Virus record (IMG/VR): IMGVR_UViG_3300025316_000002
Span: 1 to 47,779 of that record
Origin: a virus
Reading direction: 5' to 3' (one strand)
Length of the DNA: 47,779 nucleotides
Position numbers and translations under genes: made by a program. How positions within the stretch are numbered: position 1 is the first letter of the stretch; every line of letters begins with the position of its first letter. This document shows, one piece after another, positions 23,837-31,963 of the stretch. The notes beneath the pieces were generated by a model. The model had not been told where the DNA came from. It did not search any database and worked only from the letters and a program-made list of their open reading frames with translations.

Positions 23837-24355
23837 ATGCCTGGGAAAACCATCGGCGTAAGCCTCAACAACGGCTTCGCGGGCACCTATGCCCAACAGC
23901 CGGACTCCATTATCAACACCGCGCAGTTGGCCGTTGGCTCTGCTGCCGTGAACTTTGGCGCGGCCCTGATGATGGGCGCTGGCGGGACCGTCACTGCCGT
24001 TAACAATACCTGCACGGTCGGCAAAGTCGCTGGCGTAGCGGGTGCGCAAATTCAGACAGCCACGACCTACGCGAGCCAGGATGCTGGCAGCAGCTATGTT
24101 GCCGGCGATGCCTGTAGCGTGGTCGAGCGCGGCGCGGTGAGCGTCCTGTGCAAACGTGGGACACCGGAGCGATTCGGCGGGGTCTTCCTCCGCATCACCG
24201 CTAACGGCAGTTTTCCCGGTACGTTCGTCGGTGGCTTCGAAACCACAGCGGACGCCGGCAACACCATCGACATTTCGAGCATTGCCCAATGGGCGGGTGC
24301 GAAAGATGCGAACGACGTGGCGACCCTGGTCTTTTTGACCCGGAACGCGGCTTAA
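23837..24355 (+). CDS. Putative head decoration / cement protein
   Basis: 172 aa Gly/Ala-rich beta-type protein between the scaffold and major capsid genes. Called from position and composition. Confidence 0.45.
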   Translation: MPGKTIGVSLNNGFAGTYAQQPDSIINTAQLAVGSAAVNFGAALMMGAGGTVTAVNNTCTVGKVAGVAGAQIQTATTYASQDAGSSYVAGDACSVVERGAVSVLCKRGTPERFGGVFLRITANGSFPGTFVGGFETTADAGNTIDISSIAQWAGAKDANDVATLVFLTRNAA

Positions 24356-24365
24356 GGAGGCCAGC

Positions 24366-25388
24366 ATGAAACGTGTCACTGATGAGGGCTTTATCAGCCC
24401 GATCCTGACCATGGATAGCGGTATGGGCGGCGACATGCGCATGACCGATGCCGCGATTGCCAACGGGCAGGCGTTTCTTATCTCCGAATTGGAGAAGCGC
24501 GACCCGCTGATTCGCCAACCCCTCACCTCCGTTACCTGGGCGCGTGACGTCCCGGTCAACGTTGGCGGCGGCTGGGTGGAATTTGAGACCGCGCTGAATA
24601 TCGACTACGGCGACGGCGGAAGCGGCGACAACTCCGTAACTGCCGCCGGTTCCAATGTCGTGAGCATGGCGCAGTCTAACCTCGACAAGGACATTTGGCC
24701 GGCCCACGTGTACAGCAAGGGCCTGCGTATCCCGATCATCGCCCAACTGCGGCAACAGATCGCTGGGCGCTCCCTCGATCAGATGCTTACCGACGGCGTG
24801 CGCCTGTCCTATGACAAGCACATGGACCAGAACGTGTACCTGGGCGTCTACGGGCGCACCGGCCTGCTCAATGACGCGGGTGTCAGCCGTTCCACCGTTG
24901 CCCCGTCCGCTGGCTCCGCCTCGTCAACCCGTTGGATCAACAAAACGCCGGACGAAATCCTGTACGACGTGAACAAGGCGATTGAGTTGACCTGGGCTGG
25001 CGCGGGCTACGACCGTGAAGCCATCCCGAACCACCTGCTTATTGATTATGCGAATTTCGCATATATCATCGGGCAGAAAGTCAGCACAGCGGGCAATGTC
25101 AGCATCCTGCAATTCCTGCGCGAGAACAATATCGCCAAGGAAAACGGCGGGGAACTGTTCATCGGAGCAACCCGCTTCAACGCCACTGCCGCGTTAGACG
25201 GTGGCGCACGCATGGCCGTCTATGTCCATGCCCCGCGCTTCCTCGAAGTGTCGGAACTCGCGCCGCTCAATCGCATGATGACGGCCCCGAACCCGACGTT
25301 TGCCGCATACGACAGTTTATATCAGGCCAACGTTGGCGCGCTCAAACTGTTCTACCTCACCACCCTGACGTACTGGGATGGCATTTAG
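24366..25388 (+). CDS. Major capsid protein (DUF2184-like, HK97 fold expected)
   Basis: 340 aa, downstream of scaffold and cement genes, followed by a strong terminator hairpin. GGAGG RBS. Confidence 0.7.
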   Translation: MKRVTDEGFISPILTMDSGMGGDMRMTDAAIANGQAFLISELEKRDPLIRQPLTSVTWARDVPVNVGGGWVEFETALNIDYGDGGSGDNSVTAAGSNVVSMAQSNLDKDIWPAHVYSKGLRIPIIAQLRQQIAGRSLDQMLTDGVRLSYDKHMDQNVYLGVYGRTGLLNDAGVSRSTVAPSAGSASSTRWINKTPDEILYDVNKAIELTWAGAGYDREAIPNHLLIDYANFAYIIGQKVSTAGNVSILQFLRENNIAKENGGELFIGATRFNATAALDGGARMAVYVHAPRFLEVSELAPLNRMMTAPNPTFAAYDSLYQANVGALKLFYLTTLTYWDGI

Positions 25389-25405
25389 GGCGAACACCTA
25401 CGCAC

Positions 25406-25443
25406 GGGAGGGGACACGGATGGCCCCTCCCAATTCCTTTTCG
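25406..25443 (+). terminator. Intrinsic terminator after the major capsid gene
   Basis: GGGAGGGG (25406-25413), 10-nt loop, CCCCTCCC (25424-25431), followed by AATTCCTTTTCG. Confidence 0.65.
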
Positions 25444-25460
25444 CTATATGAGGTGAGCAT

Positions 25461-26420
25461 ATGGCCTACACCATCGTCTGCTATTCCGACGGCCCGCCAG
25501 AATGCCAACTATTTTCCAAAGGGCTTGTCCCCGGTTTACAGGATGCCGGTTGCCGCGCGCACTTTTGCGAACCGTTGCAAGGTGCGGCGCTTCGTACCTT
25601 CATTGACCGAGCGCACCCCGACTTTATCTGCTTTCTCGGAGTTTGGTTGCCGCGCTATGACGAGCTGGTTGCCGTCGCGCGGGAAAAGGGGATTGGTCTA
25701 ATCTGGTGGGGCACGGAAGACCCGCCGGCGTTCGATTTGACCCTCACAACATGCGCGCGTGTCGCCGATATCATCCTCTCTCCGGCAATTGAATGTGTCG
25801 AACAGTACCGCGCCGCCGGGAAGCGCGCCGGACTCTTCCCCTTCGCGGCCAATCCGCGCTGGCATAAACCCGTCACGCCGCGCGCGGAATATCAGCTTGA
25901 TTTTATCGGCGCGTGCTCGTATTATCCGGGGCATGATTGCCGCCAACACGGGATGCGGTCGATTATTCAACCGGCGATTGACTCCCCGTATACCGGATTT
26001 ATCAGCGGCAACTATTGGGACCGGGCGGGTGCCGAACAGTATTTCACCTCGCGGGATATTCGGCGGCCCTGGTTGCCGGCCACGGAGATGCCTGCCGTCT
26101 ATTCATCGGCAAAGGTACTCCTTGGCGTCCAGTGCGACGATTCCAGCATGACGCAGACCTCCATGCGGCCCTATGAGGTACTCGCGTGCGGGGGATTCCT
26201 CCTCACGCAGTGGACGCCAGCGACGGCAGACCTTTTTCGTGACGGGGTGCATGTGGTCATGAGTAGCACGGCGGAACAAACCCGCGAGCTGCTGGATTAC
26301 TACCTCGCACACCCCGGCGAACGCCAGAAAATCGCCAAACAGGGAAAGGCGTTTGTCCTGGCGAATCATACCTATGAGCGCCGGGTGCGGGACGTTCTCC
26401 TGCCCCTGTTGCGCAATTAG
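25461..26420 (+). CDS. CgeB-like glycosyltransferase (GT-B, Glyco_trans_1_2 type C-terminus)
   Basis: The C-terminal SMRPYEVLACGGFLLTQW...LLDYYLAHPGERQKIAKQGKAFVLANHTYERRVRDVL closely follows the CgeB/DUF3880 family pattern. Confidence 0.7.
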   Translation: MAYTIVCYSDGPPECQLFSKGLVPGLQDAGCRAHFCEPLQGAALRTFIDRAHPDFICFLGVWLPRYDELVAVAREKGIGLIWWGTEDPPAFDLTLTTCARVADIILSPAIECVEQYRAAGKRAGLFPFAANPRWHKPVTPRAEYQLDFIGACSYYPGHDCRQHGMRSIIQPAIDSPYTGFISGNYWDRAGAEQYFTSRDIRRPWLPATEMPAVYSSAKVLLGVQCDDSSMTQTSMRPYEVLACGGFLLTQWTPATADLFRDGVHVVMSSTAEQTRELLDYYLAHPGERQKIAKQGKAFVLANHTYERRVRDVLLPLLRN

Positions 26421-26440
26421 ATCGAGGGTGAGGGTGAGCG

Positions 26441-27229
26441 ATGAAGATCAAAACGCACTGGTTTCGGCATACGCCGAACTTCGGCGACCAGTTGACGCCG
26501 CTGCTGCTGAACCATTTCGGCTATGAAGCGGAATGGGCGGAAATCTCCGACGCGGAGCTGCTCTGCATCGGTAGTTACCTAGAGCACGTCCCGGAGGACT
26601 ATTCGGGCGTGATTCTGGGCACCGGCTGCATATCGTACCGGACCGAAAAGCGCTTCCCGCGAGCAGAGATTCTCGCGGTGCGCGGGCCGTTGACGGAACG
26701 GGCGCTCGGGTTATCTGACACTGTCTGGGGTGATCCTGGTTTATTGGCCGAATCGCTGGTTTGCCAGCGGGGAGAAAAAGCGTATGTGATCGGGTTCCTC
26801 CCGCACTACGCCGACAAGGACAACGCCGCCATTCGAGCTATCGTTGACGCGAACCCGGATGATTGCTGCATCATCGACGTTCAACACGACCCTATCAATG
26901 TGCTCTACGCCATTAACGCGTGTGAGTGCGTATTGTCATCGTCGCTGCACGGGTTGATTGCCGCTGAATCGCTCGGTATCCCGTCGCGCTGGATTTATGC
27001 ACCGGGATTACAGGGGGGGCGCTTCAAATTTGACGATTACTTCGAAAGCGCCGATTACAGCGAGGATACCCCGGTTGTTTTGTACGGCGAGGAGACGGTA
27101 GACGAATTGCACTCGCTCGCTGAATTGGCGCTATTTAATTCGCAACGTCATAACATCAAAAAGGAATTGCGCTCACAGTTTGAGCGCATTGGCGACTTAA
27201 TCGAAGAACGCCGTGGGGGTGGGCTATGA
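26441..27229 (+). CDS. Polysaccharide pyruvyl transferase (ExoV/CsaB-like)
   Basis: N-terminal HTPNFGDQLTPLLL and C-terminal VLSSSLHGLIAAESLGIP motifs of the PS_pyruv_trans family. GAGGGTGAGGGTGAG RBS region. Confidence 0.7.
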   Translation: MKIKTHWFRHTPNFGDQLTPLLLNHFGYEAEWAEISDAELLCIGSYLEHVPEDYSGVILGTGCISYRTEKRFPRAEILAVRGPLTERALGLSDTVWGDPGLLAESLVCQRGEKAYVIGFLPHYADKDNAAIRAIVDANPDDCCIIDVQHDPINVLYAINACECVLSSSLHGLIAAESLGIPSRWIYAPGLQGGRFKFDDYFESADYSEDTPVVLYGEETVDELHSLAELALFNSQRHNIKKELRSQFERIGDLIEERRGGGL

Positions 27230-28092
27230 CCGCGCCGGCGTATACGATTTGCCTGCCGTATCGCGCCGAATCGCCGGAACGCCGCGCTATATTTCACTGG
27301 ACGTATGCCCGCTGGCGGGCCTTATGCCCGGATGCGGAGATTGTGACCGGCGGCGATGATTGCACCGGAACCCCGAACCGCGCGAAGATGCGTAATGCGT
27401 GTGTGGCGAAGGCATCCACCGATACCCTCCTGATTTTCGATTGTGATTGCTTCCTCGATGACGCGCAACAGGTGCAGGAAATCCTCGCATTGATTCCCCG
27501 CGCGGGCGTCGTGCAGTATGATTCTCTGCGCTTGTTCAACGGCCCGGATGATACTGATGCTGTGCTGGCACAACACCCGGCGCGCACCATCGCCCTACCA
27601 TCATTCAAACTGTACAACCGTTTCCCCGGCCTGCTCTACGGCGTCACGCGGCAAGCGTGGCTGGCTGTCGGCGGCTGCGATGAGCGGTTTACCGGGTGGG
27701 GATTCGAAGACACGGCGCTACAAAAGGCGTTGACGACGATTGTCGGCCCGCGTCTCACTATCTCCGCGCCGGCCAATCACCTTTGGCACCCGCACACCGA
27801 CCCGCACGAAATGGCGACGGGAAACCGCGACCTCTACGCGCGGTATGAAGCGGCGAACGGCAACCGGGACGCGATGCTGCACGTGGTACAGGTTGACCCG
27901 CGCCGGGTCAGTGTTCCGGCATTTAAGGATAAAATCTATACCAGTTCCCAGGCGTTCCGCTTCTGGAAAGCGGGTGCTGATATCTTTGTGATGCCGCAAG
28001 GGTTTCATGGCCCTGTCCCTAGCTGGGTACAGGCGCAGGACTATTTCAGCGTGGCGATGCGCGCCGGGATTATCTGTGAGGTAACGGAATGA
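27226..28092 (+). CDS. GT-A fold glycosyltransferase (beta-1,4-galactosyltransferase-like C-terminal motif)
   Basis: LLIFDCDCFLDD (DxD-like) and FTGWGFEDTAL (GWGxED as in Glyco_transf_7C). ATGA overlaps at both ends. Confidence 0.6.
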   Translation: MTAPAYTICLPYRAESPERRAIFHWTYARWRALCPDAEIVTGGDDCTGTPNRAKMRNACVAKASTDTLLIFDCDCFLDDAQQVQEILALIPRAGVVQYDSLRLFNGPDDTDAVLAQHPARTIALPSFKLYNRFPGLLYGVTRQAWLAVGGCDERFTGWGFEDTALQKALTTIVGPRLTISAPANHLWHPHTDPHEMATGNRDLYARYEAANGNRDAMLHVVQVDPRRVSVPAFKDKIYTSSQAFRFWKAGADIFVMPQGFHGPVPSWVQAQDYFSVAMRAGIICEVTE

Positions 28093-28571
28093 CGATGGAC
28101 GTTCAAAGCACGATTGCCGCCGCGTCAAATGTGATTGATGATGCCAACGGAACGGCGTATACCGAAACAATGTTCAAAGCCGACTTCCCGCAATTCTACA
28201 ACGGCGCTACCGGCATTGTCCCCTCCGGTATTCTCGCCACGTTTATTGGCATGGCCAACGCCACGGTACTGCAAGCGCGCTATCTGGATGCCTGGCGTTA
28301 TGCCGCCGGCCTCTATACCGCGCACTATGCCACACAATACCTGCAGGCCTATGCCGCCAATAACACCAGCGCCGCACAAGTTGTCGGTAGCGCCGGGCCG
28401 GCGGGACTCCTCACACAGAACGATATCAAGGAAACGATCTCTACACAGTTCTCCTATTCAGAACTGTTAGAGGCTACGGCGAAGTGGGGCGGCCTGAATG
28501 CCACGCATTACGGGCGCTGTCTGGTCGATATTGCGCGACTGGTTGGGGCGGGCGGGTCATTCGTGATTTAG
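28089..28571 (+). CDS. Head-tail connector / head completion protein (DUF4054-like)
   Basis: FKADFPQFYN...LDAWRYAAGLYTAHYATQYL resembles DUF4054. Position fits. Confidence 0.5.
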   Translation: MTMDVQSTIAAASNVIDDANGTAYTETMFKADFPQFYNGATGIVPSGILATFIGMANATVLQARYLDAWRYAAGLYTAHYATQYLQAYAANNTSAAQVVGSAGPAGLLTQNDIKETISTQFSYSELLEATAKWGGLNATHYGRCLVDIARLVGAGGSFVI

Positions 28572-28581
28572 AGGAGTAACT

Positions 28582-28929
28582 ATGTCCGCTCTGACCGCCA
28601 CTGCCGCCGTGACGTGCGCGCAACAGATTGCATTAATCTGCACCCATACCGTGACGATTCACGCGCCGGCGACAACTACCGACCCCTTCAATCCGACGGC
28701 GGGCGCGACGACCACGGCCCTCGCGTTTTTCCTGCGCAAGGCGCAACGGGTAAAGCGCGAGGATGGCAGTTACGCGCTCGCGGCGGCGTCAGTGGTGTTC
28801 CCGCCGTCTGTGACCCTCACCACGGGCTACACCGTGGAATATACCGGCATCACCTACAAGCCAATGACGCTGGTCGAATTGCAGGATCAGGCGGGGGAGA
28901 TTATCGGGCGCAAGGTGTTCCTGGAGTAA
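28582..28929 (+). CDS. Putative head closure / neck protein (115 aa)
   Basis: Position between the connector and the HK97 gp10-like gene. GGAG RBS. Confidence 0.4.
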   Translation: MSALTATAAVTCAQQIALICTHTVTIHAPATTTDPFNPTAGATTTALAFFLRKAQRVKREDGSYALAAASVVFPPSVTLTTGYTVEYTGITYKPMTLVELQDQAGEIIGRKVFLE

Positions 28930-28934
28930 TCGGT

Positions 28935-29324
28935 ATGGGCCTCACGATCGACACGAAAACGATTAGCTCGAAGCTCGACCGGATGCGAAAACTCCTCCCC
29001 GAAGTGCGCCGCGCGATATTGCAAAAGACGACACTGGTGGTGAGTGAAGAAGAAATGAAAATCACTCCCAAAGATCATGGCGATTTGCGAAAACGACTAT
29101 ATGCTCGCCTCAACGAACAAGGCACCGCCGTCGTAACCGGAACCGCCGGGTGTGCCTATGCCGCCGCCGTGCATGAGCGTCTACTCTCCAAATCCGGCAA
29201 CGCGATACAGTACACAGTCCCCGGTACCGGTCCGAAATTTATTGAACGGGCCATACGCGGAAAAGGCGCAGCATATCTTCTTAAGGCGATTCGGCAGGAA
29301 GTGTTGAAAGGCATCACGAAATGA
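28935..29324 (+). CDS. HK97 gp10-like neck / tail completion protein
   Basis: ATG at 28935 with GGAG upstream. ...KLLPEVRRAILQKTTLVVSEEEMKITPKDHGDLRKRL resembles the HK97 gp10 family pattern (P.DTG.L). Confidence 0.55.
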   Translation: MGLTIDTKTISSKLDRMRKLLPEVRRAILQKTTLVVSEEEMKITPKDHGDLRKRLYARLNEQGTAVVTGTAGCAYAAAVHERLLSKSGNAIQYTVPGTGPKFIERAIRGKGAAYLLKAIRQEVLKGITK

Positions 29325-30142
29325 GGCAGGCCGCTAAATTAGCGATATGTTCCCCGATAAAGAATCGCGCCTGGTGCTTGCCCTACTATTTGGAGTGCAT
29401 CCTCGCGCTAGAATATCCGAAAACGCGCACCGCGCTCTTTTTCGCCGATGATGGCAGTACCGACGGGGGCGCGGAGATGCTGGAAGAATGGGCGGCGCGT
29501 CACCGGTCAGAATACGCCGGGATTGACATAACCCATGTCACCCCGATACGCAATAACACCTCCTCACGGGATGCGGGTATCTACCACCGCGACGTATACC
29601 GGCACATCGGCGACATGCGCAACCTGCTACGCGGACAAGCGCGGGTATGGGGCGCTAACGCCCTGTTTACTGTGGACTCTGATACGCTTTTTGCCCCGGA
29701 TATCGTCACGGCGCTTCTGGCGCATAAAGTGCCGCTGGTCAGTAGCATCAATTACGTCGATTGCGTCTATAAGGGTTCGCTGGGATGCGACCCGCCGGAA
29801 CAGCGGCGCTATATCAATGCCGGGTATTTCACCCCGCAGGGCGAGCACCGCGCCTATCGTGAGTATGACCTCAACGCGCTGCTTCCCATCCAGATCACCG
29901 CCGGAACCTACCTGATGGACAAGGCGACGCTCAACAGCGCCGCGACGTATGAGGCGAACCTCACGAACAGCGAACAGGGAGAGGATGTGGGCTTCTGTCT
30001 GCACCTGGAGCGCCTGGGCATTCCGCGCTTTATAGATACGACCGTGCGCAGTGTCCACATCATGGAAGAGGGCTTCCTGCCCGCCGCCGTGCGCGCCGCG
30101 CGCCGCCTATGGCATGCGCACTTCGATATCTGCGCCTACTGA
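29321..30142 (+). CDS. GT2-family (GT-A) glycosyltransferase
   Basis: FFADDGSTDGGAEML (the DDGSTD nucleotide-sugar motif) and TVDSDTLF (DxD). ATGA overlap with the preceding neck gene. Confidence 0.65.
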   Translation: MRQAAKLAICSPIKNRAWCLPYYLECILALEYPKTRTALFFADDGSTDGGAEMLEEWAARHRSEYAGIDITHVTPIRNNTSSRDAGIYHRDVYRHIGDMRNLLRGQARVWGANALFTVDSDTLFAPDIVTALLAHKVPLVSSINYVDCVYKGSLGCDPPEQRRYINAGYFTPQGEHRAYREYDLNALLPIQITAGTYLMDKATLNSAATYEANLTNSEQGEDVGFCLHLERLGIPRFIDTTVRSVHIMEEGFLPAAVRAARRLWHAHFDICAY

Positions 30143-30283
30143 TCCTCACCGCTTGCGTTTCTCCCCGCGCTTCCCTCGTGATTCACGCCATTTCAGCGAC
30201 GATAACCCCGCCAAGGCAACTTTATGCCATTCGGGGCTTATCGTGCGTCCAGCGGGCGCGTAGCCGCACGAACAGGGGTTCCT

Positions 30284-30748
30284 ATGACAACCGCTTCGCC
30301 GCTTCACGACTTCTATACCAATTTCACAGCAGCACCCCCGGTGGGCATGGGGTTAGGCACGGGCTATCGGGTCATGCCATACACGTTTATCGACCTTGCC
30401 GGCCCAACCATTACCCTCGTACCGTACGACCCGGAGGAAGAGCGCAACGTTGATCGCTATCATTTCTACCCGATTCAGATTGCCGTCTATGTCCCGTATA
30501 CCGGAGACGCGGGGCGTATCCCGGCCATGAATACTGCCGATCAATACGCGCAGACCGTGCGCGATGCCTATAAAGTTTTCGACGATTCAACGTCCCTCGC
30601 CAAGGGGCTGGCGTGTGGCAGTTGGACCGCCGATTCCCTCTCGACGCATCTAATGGGAGTCGTAGAGGATATCCCGAGCAGCGGAGGTGGCACCGTGAAA
30701 GCGGTCGTCAATATCCGCCTGCATAACCTGCACCTGACAGGAGCATGA
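30284..30748 (+). CDS. Putative tail terminator / tail completion protein
   Basis: 154 aa, immediately upstream of the tail tube gene. ATG at 30284 with AGGGG upstream. Called from position only. Confidence 0.35.
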   Translation: MTTASPLHDFYTNFTAAPPVGMGLGTGYRVMPYTFIDLAGPTITLVPYDPEEERNVDRYHFYPIQIAVYVPYTGDAGRIPAMNTADQYAQTVRDAYKVFDDSTSLAKGLACGSWTADSLSTHLMGVVEDIPSSGGGTVKAVVNIRLHNLHLTGA

Positions 30749-31221
30749 GCATGAGCAAAGCGTTTGTCAACGGGCTGCGGCAGGTATGGATGGGCACGAA
30801 CGCCGCCACTCCTACCTACACGCAGATCCCTACTGACTCCATCACTCAAGGCGATAGCAACATCATCAAGGATTATCGCTCCTCGGTCGATGTGGATACC
30901 GTCACCGGACTTTCCTACCCGGCCCGTGTCAAAACCGGAGCCGACGCGAGTCTTTCCATCACCACGAAGCAGATTAAATCCGGCAGCGCGACCCCCGCAC
31001 TCAATGCGGCCCTGTCCGCGATTGCCGCGACGGAATTTGCCAGTGATGAAGATTCGCATTTTCCGTTCGTCTTCGTCTACCAGAACGGGGACAAAAAGAC
31101 CTGCCAATGTTTGGTGGGGAACCCGAAACGCTTGGAAGGCGCGACGGAAGATGTCGCGCAGATGACGTTCAGCGTTATGTGCTCCGGCGTCGTTTCGACG
31201 TTCACCGGGTCTCTCACCTAA
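30745..31221 (+). CDS. Major tail (tube) protein
   Basis: About 157 aa, upstream of the chaperone/TMP pair and followed by a strong terminator. The start may be the second ATG at 30751, which has better spacing from GGAG. Confidence 0.55.
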   Translation: MSMSKAFVNGLRQVWMGTNAATPTYTQIPTDSITQGDSNIIKDYRSSVDVDTVTGLSYPARVKTGADASLSITTKQIKSGSATPALNAALSAIAATEFASDEDSHFPFVFVYQNGDKKTCQCLVGNPKRLEGATEDVAQMTFSVMCSGVVSTFTGSLT

Positions 31222-31245
31222 CCGGTGCGCGGCCGTGCGCTGCGC

Positions 31246-31287
31246 GTGGCCCGGTGGTACTCACCCTCCCACCGGGCCACTTATTCC
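31246..31287 (+). terminator. Intrinsic terminator after the tail tube gene
   Basis: Perfect 12-bp stem GTGGCCCGGTGG (31246-31257) / CCACCGGGCCAC (31269-31280), 11-nt loop, then TTATTCC. Confidence 0.65.
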
Positions 31288-31312
31288 AGAGGGTGAAATG
31301 AGAGGGTGAAAT

Positions 31313-31771
31313 ATGCCAGCATTGATTGAAATTGACGGTGTAACGTACACCGCGATACTCTCCGAGCCTGCGGTTGAGATCATGGAACGAATCACGAACT
31401 ATGGCTTCCCGCACATCACCTATGGCTTGCAAGTCAGCAAGTTTTCCGATCTCGTGGCCTTTACCCTGGGTTGTATCGACCATGCCCTGCCCGCCGAAGT
31501 GCGCTATCTCACCGACAGCGAGCGTAAGGCGTGGCTCTACGACAAATTAGGATTGTTGCGCGGCTCTGACTCTTCCGTCACCGGGGCGCTAAAACTCCGC
31601 GCCGTGGCCCTGCAACTGATCGGGACCGACACGGCAGCAGATGAGGAACACGCGGCGGGGGATGACTCCCCAAACGCACCGACGCCGCCGGCGCCCGCTG
31701 GTGGCCACGCCTCCGCAACCTCGTCTACGGCTACCTCAAAATCCGCGACCCGGCCCAAAGCGCGCAGATAA
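31313..31771 (+). CDS. Tail assembly chaperone (gpG-like)
   Basis: Lies between the tube and tape measure genes and contains a slippery heptamer. Confidence 0.7.
   Translation: MPALIEIDGVTYTAILSEPAVEIMERITNYGFPHITYGLQVSKFSDLVAFTLGCIDHALPAEVRYLTDSERKAWLYDKLGLLRGSDSSVTGALKLRAVALQLIGTDTAADEEHAAGDDSPNAPTPPAPAGGHASATSSTATSKSATRPKARR
31669..31675 (+). promoter_or_regulatory. -1 programmed ribosomal frameshift site C_CCA_AAC
   Basis: An X_XXY_YYZ heptamer aligned to the zero frame (tcC CCA AAC). The -1 frame is open from 31666 to the TAG at 31960-31962. Confidence 0.6.
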
Positions 31772-31962
31772 CGCTTCGGCAACTCTACGCCATGTGCGCA
31801 GCGGAAAGCTGGGCCAATTCCCCGCCTGACCAGCGCGCCAACGATAACACGACTGGGCGCGAAATGTCCGATGAACAATGGGACGGATGGCTCGCCAAAT
31901 GTCCGGGGTATGACCCCGACGTCCCAAACCCCTTCCTGAAATCCACTTACCGCGAGGAATAG
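31675..31962 (+). CDS. T-extension of the tail assembly chaperone (G-T fusion via -1 frameshift, about 216 aa in total)
   Basis: The -1 frame translates to protein-like sequence (..WWPRLRNLVYGYLKIRDPAQSAQITLRQLYAMCAAESW..) and ends 2 nt before the TMP start. Confidence 0.55.
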   Translation, partial: RTDAAGARWWPRLRNLVYGYLKIRDPAQSAQITLRQLYAMCAAESWANSPPDQRANDNTTGREMSDEQWDGWLAKCPGYDPDVPNPFLKSTYREE

Positions 31963-31963
31963 C

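Noticed and set aside
28614-28934. First 107 codons of track ORF 28614..29324
   Set aside because: This part overlaps the better 28582..28929 gene in another frame with an Arg/Gly-rich translation. The real gene starts at the ATG at 28935, behind GGAG.
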